Shown: positions 28,605-39,101 of the stretch, in pieces
How the letters are laid out: the number at the start of each line of letters is the position of its first letter
Numbering within the stretch: position 1 is the first letter of the stretch
Source: an uncultured Clostridium sp.
Lineage (GTDB): Bacteria > Bacillota > Clostridia > Lachnospirales > Lachnospiraceae
Reading direction: 5' to 3'
Assembly: GCA_902496665.1 (NCBI GenBank)
Contig: CABVBU010000006.1
Coordinates: 3,210 to 67,209 of the forward strand
Length of the DNA: 64,000 nucleotides
The notes under the pieces: model-generated
The model's database searches: none
Told to the model about the DNA's origin: nothing
Seen by the model: the letters and a program-made list of their open reading frames with translations, nothing else
Position numbers and translations under genes: made by a program

Positions 28605-31346
28605 ATGACAGAAATAAAAGAAATCGATGACGCGATTCCGGAGGAAATGTCCGCAGGAATTCCTGAAAAGCGTAAGAAAAAGCGACGAACGACACCGGTG
28701 TTAAAACCGCGGGACGGTCTCATGATCGCCTTCTTCGTCCCTGTGCTGGTCATGATCTGCATTTTCGCCCAGCGTGGGATCTTTCCCTTCGGCGAACGGT
28801 GCTTTTTAAGGACAGACATGTACCACCAGTACGCCCCGTTCTTCTCAGAGTTCCAGTACAAGCTGCGGACCGGTGGAAGTCTCTTATACAGCTGGGACGT
28901 CGGAATGGGCGTAAACTTCGCGGCGCTCTACGCGTACTATCTCGCGAGCCCGTTAAACTGGCTGATCCTGCTGTGCCCGAAGAAATTCATTATCGAGTTT
29001 ATGACCATCATGATCGTCATAAAGATCGGGCTCTCGGGGCTCAGCTTTGCCTGGTATTTAAAGCAGCACTGCAAAAACTGTATCCTCGGCATCGGATTTT
29101 TCGGGATCTTTTACGCGTTGTCCGGATACATGGCGGCATACAGCTGGAACATCATGTGGCTGGACTGTATTTTGCTGTTCCCACTGATCGTCTACGGGCT
29201 GGAGCGGCTTGTAAAAGAGCAGAAGGGCATGCTCTACTGCGTGACGCTGGGACTTTCGATCCTCTCAAACTACTATATCTCCATTATGACCTGCCTGTTC
29301 ATGGTGCTCTACTTTATCGCGCTCCTGATCATGGAAAAGCCGGGTCCCCTCAAAAAATATGGGGAGAACTTTATCCGGTTTGGAATCTATTCCCTGCTCG
29401 CCGGCGGGCTTGCAGCGGCGGTGCTGCTGCCGGAGATCTGCGCGCTTCAGAGTACAGCGTCCGGCGATTTTGATTTTCCGAAGGCCTGGAGTTCCTACTT
29501 CCCGATCTTCGACATGATCGCCCGCCATATCGGAAACGTGGAGACAGAGATCGGCCTGGACCACTGGCCGAATATTTACTGCGGTGTCGCGGTATTTATC
29601 TTCTTCCTGCTGTATCTCGCGTGCCGGAAGATCTCCGTGAAGGAAAAGGCGGTATACTGTGGACTGCTCCTGATCTTTTTCGCGAGCTTTTCCATCAATG
29701 TGCTGAACTTTATCTGGCATGGATTTCACTATCCGAACAGTCTTCCGTGCAGACAGTCCTTCATCTATATCTTCCTGATGCTGTTTATCTGCTTCCGGGC
29801 ATATATGTATCTGGATGAGACACCGAAAAAATACGTCGCCATCGCGTTCTGGGGGAGTGTTTGCTTTGTGCTTCTGGCGGAAAAGCTAGTGACTCAGGAG
29901 CATTTCCACTTTATCGTGTATTATGTGGCGATCCTCTTCTTGGCGGCTTATGCGGGGCTGATCTACCTCTATAAGGACGGACGGCGGGCGGCAGCCGGGT
30001 TCCTGGCACTGGCCCTTGTCTCCATGGAGGCGGCGATCAACACGACGGTGACCAGCGTCACCACAACGAGCCGTGACTCCTATACCGCCGACAACGGGGA
30101 AGTCGAGATTTTAAAGGATTCCCTGCAGCCAGCGTCAGATTTCTACCGCGTCGAGAAAAAGACGAGAAAAACGAAGAACGACGGCGCCTGGATGAACTTC
30201 CCATCGGTATCCCTCTTCTCCTCAACGGCGAACGCGGACCTGTCGAGGTTCTTTAAGAAGCTGGGATGTGAGTCTTCCACGAATGCCTACAGCATTACGG
30301 GAAGCACGCCGCTTGTGGACAGCATTTTTTCTGTCAAATATGCCCTGTACTCTGAGGCGGTGGACAACACAGAACTTACAGTCTATCAGCGGGAGAGCGG
30401 CGGAACCTATCTCTATGAGAACCTCTATACGCTGCCGCTAGGCTTTGTTCTCCCTTCAGATATCGAGGAGAACTGGCAGTACGAGATGGACAATCCGGCA
30501 GAGGTCCAGAATGATCTGTGCCTGGTTTCCGGGGCGGATGAGGTTCTTGTGGACGCGGGAGGAACGGTGAACAAAAACACATTTACGTTCACGCCGGATA
30601 TGACCGGGGAGTATTATGTGTTCGTCATGAACAAGAAGGTGAAGACCGTGAAGGCGGAGCTGCCGTCGGGGTCCAAATCCTTCAACAATGTGGACCGCGG
30701 ATATCTTTTGGAGCTAGGGACCCTGTCTCCGGGCTTTGAGGTAAAACTCACAGCGGATGAGACCGGCGAGCAGTTAAACGCCATCGCCTACCGGTTCTCC
30801 GATGACGCCATGATCCAGGTATATGACCGGCTGAACCAGTACCCGATGCACCTGACGAGCTGGAAGGACACGAAGCTTTCCGGGACCGTAACCACGGACC
30901 TGGCGGGAATGCTCTTCACATCGATCCCCTTTGATAAGGGCTGGACCGTGAAGGTAGACGGGCAGAAGGTGGAGACGAGAAAGGCCTTCGGCGCATTCTT
31001 ATCCATCGATGTGGACGCGGGTGACCATGTGATCGACTTCTCCTACTTTCCGGAGGGCTTGAAACCTGGCGGCCTGATTTCCGGCGGATCCATTGTGATC
31101 CTGATCCTTCTGTGGTTCGTGCGCAGGGAGATGGAGAGGCGGAAAGCCAAAGAACGGATGTTAAAACTCAGAAAAATACAGCGTGAGTTTGATGAAGAAC
31201 CGGCTGATGACCTCGAATTTGAAGAGATTCCAGATCTTGATGAGGATCTGGATGATGTGCAGACTGCAGAAATTTCAAATATTAACAACGAAGACCTACC
31301 CGATACTATAAATAACAGAAAACAGACAACGGAGGAAGAGACATGA
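28605..31346 (+). CDS. YfhO family membrane glycosyltransferase with a highly acidic C-terminal tail
   Basis: 913-aa ORF with a multi-TM N-terminal region, an extracytoplasmic domain, a final TM, and an acidic tail rich in Asp and Glu (EFDEEPADDLEFEEIPDLDEDLDD). Confidence 0.85.
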   Translation: MTEIKEIDDAIPEEMSAGIPEKRKKKRRTTPVLKPRDGLMIAFFVPVLVMICIFAQRGIFPFGERCFLRTDMYHQYAPFFSEFQYKLRTGGSLLYSWDVGMGVNFAALYAYYLASPLNWLILLCPKKFIIEFMTIMIVIKIGLSGLSFAWYLKQHCKNCILGIGFFGIFYALSGYMAAYSWNIMWLDCILLFPLIVYGLERLVKEQKGMLYCVTLGLSILSNYYISIMTCLFMVLYFIALLIMEKPGPLKKYGENFIRFGIYSLLAGGLAAAVLLPEICALQSTASGDFDFPKAWSSYFPIFDMIARHIGNVETEIGLDHWPNIYCGVAVFIFFLLYLACRKISVKEKAVYCGLLLIFFASFSINVLNFIWHGFHYPNSLPCRQSFIYIFLMLFICFRAYMYLDETPKKYVAIAFWGSVCFVLLAEKLVTQEHFHFIVYYVAILFLAAYAGLIYLYKDGRRAAAGFLALALVSMEAAINTTVTSVTTTSRDSYTADNGEVEILKDSLQPASDFYRVEKKTRKTKNDGAWMNFPSVSLFSSTANADLSRFFKKLGCESSTNAYSITGSTPLVDSIFSVKYALYSEAVDNTELTVYQRESGGTYLYENLYTLPLGFVLPSDIEENWQYEMDNPAEVQNDLCLVSGADEVLVDAGGTVNKNTFTFTPDMTGEYYVFVMNKKVKTVKAELPSGSKSFNNVDRGYLLELGTLSPGFEVKLTADETGEQLNAIAYRFSDDAMIQVYDRLNQYPMHLTSWKDTKLSGTVTTDLAGMLFTSIPFDKGWTVKVDGQKVETRKAFGAFLSIDVDAGDHVIDFSYFPEGLKPGGLISGGSIVILILLWFVRREMERRKAKERMLKLRKIQREFDEEPADDLEFEEIPDLDEDLDDVQTAEISNINNEDLPDTINNRKQTTEEET

Positions 31347-32716
31347 AACTTTGGGGCGGAAGATTTACGAAGGAAGAGAACCAGTTAGTACACAACTTTA
31401 ACGAGTCCATCTCCTTCGACCAGAAATTTTACAGACAGGACATCGCAGGCAGCATCGCCCATGTGACCATGCTTGCAAAACAGGGGATCCTCACAGAGGC
31501 GGACCGTGACGCCATCATCGCGGGCTTAAAGAGCATCCGCAATGACATCGACAACGGAACCTTAAAGATCACCACCGAGTCTGAGGACATCCACTCTTTC
31601 GTTGAGGCGAACCTCATCGAGAGGATCGGCGAGGCCGGAAAGAGACTCCATACAGGCCGCAGCAGAAACGACCAGGTCGCTCTCGACATGAAGCTCTACA
31701 CAAGAGATGAGATCGATGAGATGGACGGACTGTTAAAGGGACTTTTAGAGGTCCTCTTAAAGCTCATGGAGGACAATCTCCACACCTACATGCCAGGCTT
31801 TACCCACCTTCAGAAGGCGCAGCCGGTAACGTTGGCACACCATGTGGGCGCTTACTATGAAATGTTCCGCCGCGACAGAGGACGCCTCGCTGATATCAGA
31901 AAGCGTATGAACTACTGCCCGCTTGGATCCGGCGCCCTCGCGGGAACCACATATCCGCTCGACCGCGAATATACAGCAGAGCTCCTCGGCTTCGACGGAC
32001 CAACCTTAAACAGCATGGATTCCGTATCCGACAGAGATTACCTCATCGAGCTCTTAGCGGCTCTCTCCACAATTGCCATGCACTTAAGCCGTTTCTCCGA
32101 GGAGATCATCATCTGGAACAGCAACGAGTACCGCTTCGTCGAGATGGACGATTCCTACAGCACCGGCAGCAGCATCATGCCGCAGAAGAAGAACCCGGAT
32201 ATCGCTGAGCTGATCCGCGGAAAGGCTGGCCGTGTCTACGGTGCCCTGATGTCCATGCTGACGGTCATGAAGGGAATCCCGCTGGCATACGATAAGGATC
32301 TCCAGGAGGACAAGGAACTGACCTTCGATGCCATCGATACCGTAAAGGGCTGCCTCTTACTCTTCACAGGTATGGTATCCACCATGACATTCCGCAAGGA
32401 TGTGATGGAAGCCAGCGCGAAGAACGGCTTCACAAACGCCACAGACGCTGCAGACTACCTTGTTAATCACGGTGTTCCGTTCCGTGACGCCCACGGTATT
32501 ATCGGACAGCTGGTTCTTCTCTGCATCAACGAGAACAAGGCCCTGGATGACCTGACCTTAGACCAGTTCAAGTCCATCAGCCCGGTATTCGAGGAAGACA
32601 TCTACGAGGCGATCTCCATGAAGACATGCGTTGAGAAGCGTGTGACCATCGGCGCTCCGGGCGCGGACGCCATGAAGAAGGTCATCGAGGTTTATAAGAA
32701 AGAATTAGAGGCTTAA
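31343..32716 (+). CDS. argH: Argininosuccinate lyase
   Basis: 457-aa ORF with the fumarate-lyase signature GSSIMPQKKNPD. Its ATG overlaps the yfhO stop (ATGA). Confidence 0.97.
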   Translation: MKLWGGRFTKEENQLVHNFNESISFDQKFYRQDIAGSIAHVTMLAKQGILTEADRDAIIAGLKSIRNDIDNGTLKITTESEDIHSFVEANLIERIGEAGKRLHTGRSRNDQVALDMKLYTRDEIDEMDGLLKGLLEVLLKLMEDNLHTYMPGFTHLQKAQPVTLAHHVGAYYEMFRRDRGRLADIRKRMNYCPLGSGALAGTTYPLDREYTAELLGFDGPTLNSMDSVSDRDYLIELLAALSTIAMHLSRFSEEIIIWNSNEYRFVEMDDSYSTGSSIMPQKKNPDIAELIRGKAGRVYGALMSMLTVMKGIPLAYDKDLQEDKELTFDAIDTVKGCLLLFTGMVSTMTFRKDVMEASAKNGFTNATDAADYLVNHGVPFRDAHGIIGQLVLLCINENKALDDLTLDQFKSISPVFEEDIYEAISMKTCVEKRVTIGAPGADAMKKVIEVYKKELEA

Positions 32717-32810
32717 CGAACGTTTCATTTCTTTGAACATCTGTCAATTGCTCATGAAAAGGATAAAATGGCTTAGTTTTTGAGTCATTCGCGAGTCATT
32801 AAATTAAAAA

Positions 32811-32892
32811 GGTGCCGTGCGGCAGAATATGAACTGCTCCCCGTTCAACTCGACAAGGGCAGGTTCATATCAACCGTGCGGCACCCTTTTTC
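32811..32892. terminator. Long compound hairpin and T-tract between the convergent argH and lysR
   Basis: An outer stem (GGTGCCG/CGGCACC) encloses an inner stem (ATATGAAC..GTTCATAT). It is flanked by AAAAA upstream and CTTTTT downstream. Confidence 0.6.
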
Positions 32893-32946
32893 GTTTTCAC
32901 ATGTTCTTCTTTTTCTGCACTGACCGCCAGTTCTGGCAGTCTTTAT

Positions 32947-33837
32947 TTATCTCCCCGCAAACAGCTCAATTCCTTCGATCGTCTTCAGTTCCTTCCGGAC
33001 ACACTCAAAAAATTTACGGATCTGTCCATCCATCCGGTTCTCCTTCGTGAGTCCATAGATCGTCATGTCATCGGGACCGCCTTCCATGGGACAGATCCAC
33101 ACATCCTGTCTCTTAAACCGCTTCGCCACAAGCAGCGGGATCACCGCCCACTTTTCCCCGTTCAGGAAATACTCCAGGAACTCCATCTTATCCGCGATGA
33201 GGCTCGGATTCGCGTCCGGCGGGAACCAGCGGCTGTGCCAGATATCGTACTCAGGGTTCCAGGGAAGCCGAATCTGCTTTTCCGGATCCAGCATATTCGG
33301 AGTCACCCGGACCGTTCCCCTCCATCCCTCACCGCCGACAAACACGAACGGCTCCCTGAATACCGGGAATGGGACAACTTTTCTGGAATTTAAAAGATCC
33401 GACACCATCGCCGCATCGGCACTCCCATTTTCCACATATCCGTAAATATCAGAGGAACACCCCGTCTTAAATTCAATACTGCAGGCATCCTTTTCCGACA
33501 TCAACTTATTTAGCACATTCGGCATCAGATAATAGGCAATGCTGTTCACCGTGCTGACCCGGAGAAGCGGACTCTTCTTTCTCCTCGGTATCTCCTCCGC
33601 CTCCCCGTAGAGCGCTAAAAGCCGTTCCGCCACCGGCACAAACTCTTTTCCATTCTCCGTCAGTTCTACGCTTCTCTGGCCCCGGCCGCGCTCAAACAGG
33701 CTGTATCCCAATTCGTCCTCAATCGCTTTCATCCTGCGGCTCATCGCCGGCTGTGTGATAAAGAGCCGTTCCGCTGCCGCCGAAATACTGCCGTACTGAA
33801 GGACTGTAAAGAATGCCTCCAACTCTGTCTTTGTCAT
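32947..33837 (-). CDS. LysR family transcriptional regulator
   Basis: HTH segment ISAAAERLFITQPAMSRRMKAIEDELG. Start set at MTKTELEAF (GGAGGA RBS). Confidence 0.88.
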   Translation of the reverse strand: MTKTELEAFFTVLQYGSISAAAERLFITQPAMSRRMKAIEDELGYSLFERGRGQRSVELTENGKEFVPVAERLLALYGEAEEIPRRKKSPLLRVSTVNSIAYYLMPNVLNKLMSEKDACSIEFKTGCSSDIYGYVENGSADAAMVSDLLNSRKVVPFPVFREPFVFVGGEGWRGTVRVTPNMLDPEKQIRLPWNPEYDIWHSRWFPPDANPSLIADKMEFLEYFLNGEKWAVIPLLVAKRFKRQDVWICPMEGGPDDMTIYGLTKENRMDGQIRKFFECVRKELKTIEGIELFAGR

Positions 33838-34112
33838 GATATTTTCCTCCGCTCTTCTTTTGCTCCGAAAGACTATTTCGATCCACCTTAGCGCCATATA
33901 TACCGCTTTTGGTTATATTTTAATCTTATATTATTCATTTTTCAATTGATACTTTCTGTGATACACTTTCATTGCAATAAAAATGTCACTGTCCACGCCG
34001 TGCAGACAGTAACTGATTTTGCCGATGCTTCGCATTCCAAATCGGCAAAATCCACTTCTACCACTGTATTGTACGGAATTTTCAGTTCGGGAAATCCAGG
34101 AGTCCATACACT

Positions 34113-35441
34113 ATGAATCAAAGCACATTACTTTCCGGCAACATCCGGCGGCAAATCCTGACTCTCGCCGTTCCGCTTCTATTCGGAAATATCTTACAGC
34201 AGTTTTACAACACTGCCGATTCCCTGATCGTCGGCAAATTTCTCGGAAGCAATGCTTTCGCCTCCGTGGGAATTTCCGGCAGTCTCATGAACCTGTTTAT
34301 CTTTATCCTTGACGGGTTCTGCGCTGGAATCACTGTGATCCTCGGCCAGCTTTACGGCACAGGCGACCGGAAGAAATACCGCGAGGAGGTCTTCACGGCT
34401 CTCCTTCTCGGCATTGTGATCGCCCTCCTCATCAGCGGCGTGTGTACCGCCTTTCTGGACCCGATCTTAAAGCTGATCAATACCCCGGATGAGCTTATCC
34501 CATATGCGGAATCTTATCTTTTTATCATCCTGGCAGGACTCCCCTTCACCTGCCTCTATAACCTTTTTTCCGGGATCCTGCGTTCCATCGGAAACACAAG
34601 GGCGGCTCTCACTTTCCTCGCAGCTGCCATCACCGCAAACATTGCCCTGGACTTTCTCTTTATCGGCGTCCTGGGCTTCGGCACTGGCGGTGCAGCAGCG
34701 GCAACGATCCTGTCACAGCTCTTTTCCGCGGTCTGCTGTTTCCTCTATCTGCGGGACACCTATCCGGGGCTGCTCTGCCGCAGGGACGACATCGGCGCTC
34801 ACAGGGATCTCATGGCCCGCACGCTGCGCTTCGGCCTGATCTCCGCTCTCCAGGCTTCCAGCCTGTATATCGGAAAGATCCTGGTCCAGGGCAGCGTCAA
34901 CACACTGGGAACGCCTGGGATCGCCGCCTACACGGCCGCGACCCGAATTGAAGGCTTCGCGAACTCCTTCGGCGACAGTGGTGGAAACGCGGTCTCTGTC
35001 ATGGTCTCCCAGAACCTTGGAGCCGGAAACCATGACCGGGTGAAAAAGAGCCTGTTCTGGGGCATGCTACTCAACTGGGCAGTCTGTATCGCAGTCTCCT
35101 TCCTGATGTTCTTCGGCTCCGATCCGGCGCTCCGTGTATTCCTGGGCTCATCGGACGCGGCGGCCCTGGACTACGGAAACAGTTACATCAGGCTCATTTC
35201 CATCTTCTACATCTTCTGTTTTACCGGAAGTGCCTACATGGGATACTTCAAAGGACGCGGACACATGGTCATCGCCTTCTGCGGAACGACGATGCACATT
35301 ATTTTCCGCGCAGTCTGTTCCGCCATCATGATCGGAAAGATGGGGCTCACCGCGGTCGCCCTGTTCTCCGGACTCGGCTGGATGCTCTGCGTGACATTCC
35401 TGACGATCAATTTTGTGCGGATCCAGCTTACTGATACCTGA
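34113..35441 (+). CDS. MATE family efflux transporter
   Basis: 442-aa, 12-TM ORF with the N-terminal PLLFGNILQQFYNTADSLIVG motif typical of MATE proteins. Confidence 0.9.
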   Translation: MNQSTLLSGNIRRQILTLAVPLLFGNILQQFYNTADSLIVGKFLGSNAFASVGISGSLMNLFIFILDGFCAGITVILGQLYGTGDRKKYREEVFTALLLGIVIALLISGVCTAFLDPILKLINTPDELIPYAESYLFIILAGLPFTCLYNLFSGILRSIGNTRAALTFLAAAITANIALDFLFIGVLGFGTGGAAAATILSQLFSAVCCFLYLRDTYPGLLCRRDDIGAHRDLMARTLRFGLISALQASSLYIGKILVQGSVNTLGTPGIAAYTAATRIEGFANSFGDSGGNAVSVMVSQNLGAGNHDRVKKSLFWGMLLNWAVCIAVSFLMFFGSDPALRVFLGSSDAAALDYGNSYIRLISIFYIFCFTGSAYMGYFKGRGHMVIAFCGTTMHIIFRAVCSAIMIGKMGLTAVALFSGLGWMLCVTFLTINFVRIQLTDT

Positions 35442-35479
35442 TTTTCCAATGATCATTGACAATTTCTTTTCTTCTCTCC

Positions 35480-35508
35480 TTGCATTTTCCTCTTTCCAGT
35501 GCTATAAT
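35480..35508 (+). promoter_or_regulatory. Extended -10 promoter of the BCCT transporter gene
   Basis: TTGCAT (35480-35485), a 17-nt spacer ending in TGC, then TATAAT (35503-35508). Confidence 0.55.
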
Positions 35509-35561
35509 GTTCAATATCTTGATAAATTATTAATTTTTGAACATCATAGGAGGTTCCAATC

Positions 35562-37088
35562 ATGCGCTCCAACAATTCCAAAACACCATTAAAAGACCGG
35601 ATCGACTGGGTCACTGTCATCGTGCCGTTTCTCGCGATCCTGGTACTCTGCGTCTGCTTTATCATGATGCCGGACGCGTCAAAGAGCGTTCTCGACACGA
35701 TCCGCTTTATCCTGGGCGACACCTTCGGCCTGTTCTACCTGGCAGTCGGTCTCTTCGTCTTCCTGCTCTCCCTGTTTCTGGCTTTCTCCAGGTTTGGTAA
35801 TATCCGCCTCGGAAAACCGGATGAGAAGCCGAAATACCCGCTGTTCGTGTGGGCTAGCATGATGTTCACCTCCGGCCTCGCCGCTGACATCCTGTTCTAC
35901 TCCTTCTGTGAGTGGATCCTCTACGCCAACGACCCGCATATCGCCGAGATGGGCTCTATGCAGACCTGGTCCAGCACCTACCCGCTCTTCCACTGGGGTC
36001 CGATCCCGTGGGCGTTCTACCTGGTGCTCGCCGTGTGCTTCGGCTTTATGCTTCATGTGCGGGGCTGCCACAAGCAGAAATACTCTGAGGCATGCCGCGC
36101 GCTCCTTGGAAACAAGGTGGACGGCGTTCCTGGAAAGTTCATCGACCTTCTGGCACTCTTCGCACTCCTTGCAGGAACCACAACAACATTTGCCCTGGCA
36201 ACTCCGTTGATGTCCCAGGTGCTGACCACCCTGTTTCATATTCCGTCTTCCAAATGGATGACGATCGCGATCTTAGGTGTCACCTGTATCTTCTACACAT
36301 ACGCTCTGCTGCATGGCATGAAAGGCATTTCCATCCTCGCAAAGTCCTGCATGTACTTATTCTTCGCCCTGTTGGCTTATGTGCTGTTCCTGGGAGGTGA
36401 GACACGGTACATCCTGGAAACCGGCTTTGCGGCTGTGGGAAACCTTGCCCAGAACTTCTTAAGTCTCGCAACCTTCACAGATCCGCAGCGGACTACTTCC
36501 TTCCCTCAGACATGGACGATCTTCTACTGGGCTTACTGGATGGTATGGTGCGTGGCATCCCCGTTCTTCATCGGATCCATCTCCCGCGGCAGAACCGTAC
36601 GCCAGACGATCCTCGGCGGATATGCCTGCTGCGTCAGCGCCACCTGCCTGAGCTTCATTATTTTAGGAAATTACAGCCTCGGACTCCAGGTGAGCGGAAA
36701 ACTTGACGTGATGGCGATCTACGCCGCCGGAAATGATCTCTACACGACGATCATCTCCATCATCCAGACACTGCCGCTTGCGCCACTTGTCCTTGTGCTT
36801 CTGATCGTTGCCATGGTGGCCTTCTACGCCACCAGCTTCGACTCCATCGCCCTTGTGGCCTCCTCCTACACTTACCGCCAGATCACAGGCGATGAGGAGC
36901 CGCACAACGCTGTAAAGGCCTTCTGGGCGATCATGCTGATCCTGCTGCCAATGGCGCTTGTATTTTCCGACAGCTCCATGGCGAACCTGCAGAGCGTGTC
37001 CATCATCGCGGCGTTCCCGGTGGCGTTTGTGATCCTGCTGATCATCGCGAGCTTCCTGAAGGACGCGTCGGATTATCTGAAGTCATAA
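35562..37088 (+). CDS. BCCT family (betaine/carnitine/choline) transporter
   Basis: 508-aa ORF with the BCCT signature WTIFYWAYWMVWCVASPFFIGSISRGRT. Confidence 0.9.
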   Translation: MRSNNSKTPLKDRIDWVTVIVPFLAILVLCVCFIMMPDASKSVLDTIRFILGDTFGLFYLAVGLFVFLLSLFLAFSRFGNIRLGKPDEKPKYPLFVWASMMFTSGLAADILFYSFCEWILYANDPHIAEMGSMQTWSSTYPLFHWGPIPWAFYLVLAVCFGFMLHVRGCHKQKYSEACRALLGNKVDGVPGKFIDLLALFALLAGTTTTFALATPLMSQVLTTLFHIPSSKWMTIAILGVTCIFYTYALLHGMKGISILAKSCMYLFFALLAYVLFLGGETRYILETGFAAVGNLAQNFLSLATFTDPQRTTSFPQTWTIFYWAYWMVWCVASPFFIGSISRGRTVRQTILGGYACCVSATCLSFIILGNYSLGLQVSGKLDVMAIYAAGNDLYTTIISIIQTLPLAPLVLVLLIVAMVAFYATSFDSIALVASSYTYRQITGDEEPHNAVKAFWAIMLILLPMALVFSDSSMANLQSVSIIAAFPVAFVILLIIASFLKDASDYLKS

Positions 37089-37201
37089 GAGTGGGATTCT
37101 ATCCTAAATACTAACTACCTTTTGCCAATACCCGGTTGCTCCTGATATGCGACAGGCTGCATATCAGCTATCTGTTCTGAATATAAAATTAAATGATATA
37201 G

Positions 37202-37248
37202 GTACGGATGTCTGCGTCTTTTTTCTGAACTGCATCCGTACTTTTTTC
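37202..37248 (+). terminator. Intrinsic terminator after the BCCT gene
   Basis: GTACGGATG (37202-37210) pairs with CATCCGTAC (37233-37241), followed by TTTTTT. Confidence 0.8.
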
Positions 37249-37434
37249 TTAAACAATTCGTAATTCCCCTGCCACACTTTTACCGCAACTTGACAGGAAA
37301 ATACCATTGTCATAAACTGGAATTCTGGTATAATAATACCTAGAAACGATTTGCAATTACTAATTCAAGCTTACTGGCAGCTATGAAAATCATCGCATGG
37401 CTGCTGTTACACTTTCCACGAGGAGGAAAATTAA

Positions 37435-38850
37435 ATGAGAAAGAAAAATTTCTGCCTGGCAGTACTTTCCGCATCCGCAGTTCTCGCTCTGGGTGCTTCA
37501 TTCAGTTCTTTTGCTGCCTGGAAGTCTGTAAACAGCGAATGGGTCTATACTGACAATAACGGCAACAACGTGACAAGCGCGTGGAGATCTGACAACGGCG
37601 AGTCCTACTATCTCGGCTCTGACGGATATATGGTCCGCAACACACTTCTTGAGGACAACGGAAACTACTACTACTTAAGAAGCGGCGGACAGATGTTAAA
37701 GAACTCCTGGCGCTTCCTTGAGAATCCGAGCTGGCAGGGCGACGATAAAGTCGGCGAGGGCAGCTGGTACTACTTCGACAACAACGGTCGTGCTTACCGC
37801 ACAAGCGGTGACGGCGTAAAGATCGCTGAGATCAAGGGAAAGAAATTCGCCTTCGATAACTACGGAAGAATGCTTACCGGCTGGATCACATCCGCAGGCG
37901 ATAATATCACCGATGACTCCGACTGGGCTTCCGCTACATACTACGGTGACGCAGAGGGCGACGGCAGCCTCGTTACAAACGCATGGGTATATATCAGCGT
38001 TAAGGATGACGACAACGAGGACGACAACGAGCCGACCTACCACTTCTACTTTGGTTCCAACGGTAAGAAGACTGTCAGCACAGAGAAGACCATCGGCAAT
38101 GTAAAATATACCTTCGATGAGAGAGGCGTTGCCCAGGACGCATGGGTACACAACAGCGATAAGAAAACCTGGAAATATTACGGCGATGAGGAAGAGCCGA
38201 AGCTTCACACAGGATGGTTTGAGGCAGTTCCGGATAAGGCTTTAAACAGCAGTGATCACGAAAGTGGAACCTCTCACTGGTATTATGCCAACTCTAAGGG
38301 TGAGATTACAATTCCGACCGGCGATGATGAAAAGGGTGTAACAAAAACCATCGATGGAAAATCTTATCTCTTCAATGACAGCGGTGAAATGGTTACTGGT
38401 TTAAGAATTCTTACTTATAACGGTACAAAGATCACCAATATCTCTTCAGAAGTTGATTCCGTCGACACCATCAAGAACATGGATTCTAATACCATGAAAT
38501 TAATCTACTTCTCTGACAGCGGCGCTGCAAAGACAGGCACAACAACGATTAACCTTGACGGCTCTACCTACACCTTCAGCTTCAAGTCCAATGGTACTCC
38601 AAGAGGCGTTGGTGAGACTGGTATCTCTAACGGATATATTTATCTGAACGGATTACGTCTGACAGCTGACGAAGACAGCAAGTACGGTACCGTTACTTAT
38701 AAAGACGAGGAATACCTTGTAAACGAAAGCGGTACAATCCAGAAGAACAAAAAGAATGTCAAAGATGCAGATGATACTTACTACTGCACAAGCCCTAAAG
38801 GTGTTGTTCTTCACTCTGGATCCGAAAAGTGTACTTTAAAGTCTCACTAA
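37435..38850 (+). CDS. Secreted protein made of putative cell-wall-binding (choline-binding-type, CW_binding_1) repeats
   Basis: Signal peptide followed by repeated aromatic-rich modules of about 20 aa (GWxxxxGxWYYFxxxGxM-like). No catalytic domain recognised. Confidence 0.8.
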   Translation: MRKKNFCLAVLSASAVLALGASFSSFAAWKSVNSEWVYTDNNGNNVTSAWRSDNGESYYLGSDGYMVRNTLLEDNGNYYYLRSGGQMLKNSWRFLENPSWQGDDKVGEGSWYYFDNNGRAYRTSGDGVKIAEIKGKKFAFDNYGRMLTGWITSAGDNITDDSDWASATYYGDAEGDGSLVTNAWVYISVKDDDNEDDNEPTYHFYFGSNGKKTVSTEKTIGNVKYTFDERGVAQDAWVHNSDKKTWKYYGDEEEPKLHTGWFEAVPDKALNSSDHESGTSHWYYANSKGEITIPTGDDEKGVTKTIDGKSYLFNDSGEMVTGLRILTYNGTKITNISSEVDSVDTIKNMDSNTMKLIYFSDSGAAKTGTTTINLDGSTYTFSFKSNGTPRGVGETGISNGYIYLNGLRLTADEDSKYGTVTYKDEEYLVNESGTIQKNKKNVKDADDTYYCTSPKGVVLHSGSEKCTLKSH

Positions 38851-38919
38851 TCTCTTAATTAAATTTTCATAGTATTTATAGTATGCTTTAAGCAGCCCCA
38901 TAAATTTCTATAGCCTACA

Positions 38920-38958
38920 AAGGACATCTTCGCCAGACCGGTGAAGATGTCCTTTTTT
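38920..38958 (+). terminator. Intrinsic terminator
   Basis: AAGGACATCTTC pairs with GAAGATGTCCTT, followed by TTTTT. Confidence 0.8.
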
Positions 38959-39101
38959 CTCCCCTTCTGACGCATCTCTGCCACATATTCCTCACCGTTT
39001 CACCGCAAAGTCTTCACAGGTTAATCACATTTCATTGATATACTTGTATCATCAAAAGGAAATAATAACCATAAAAAATAAAGCTTACAGGAGGTTTCAC
39101 T

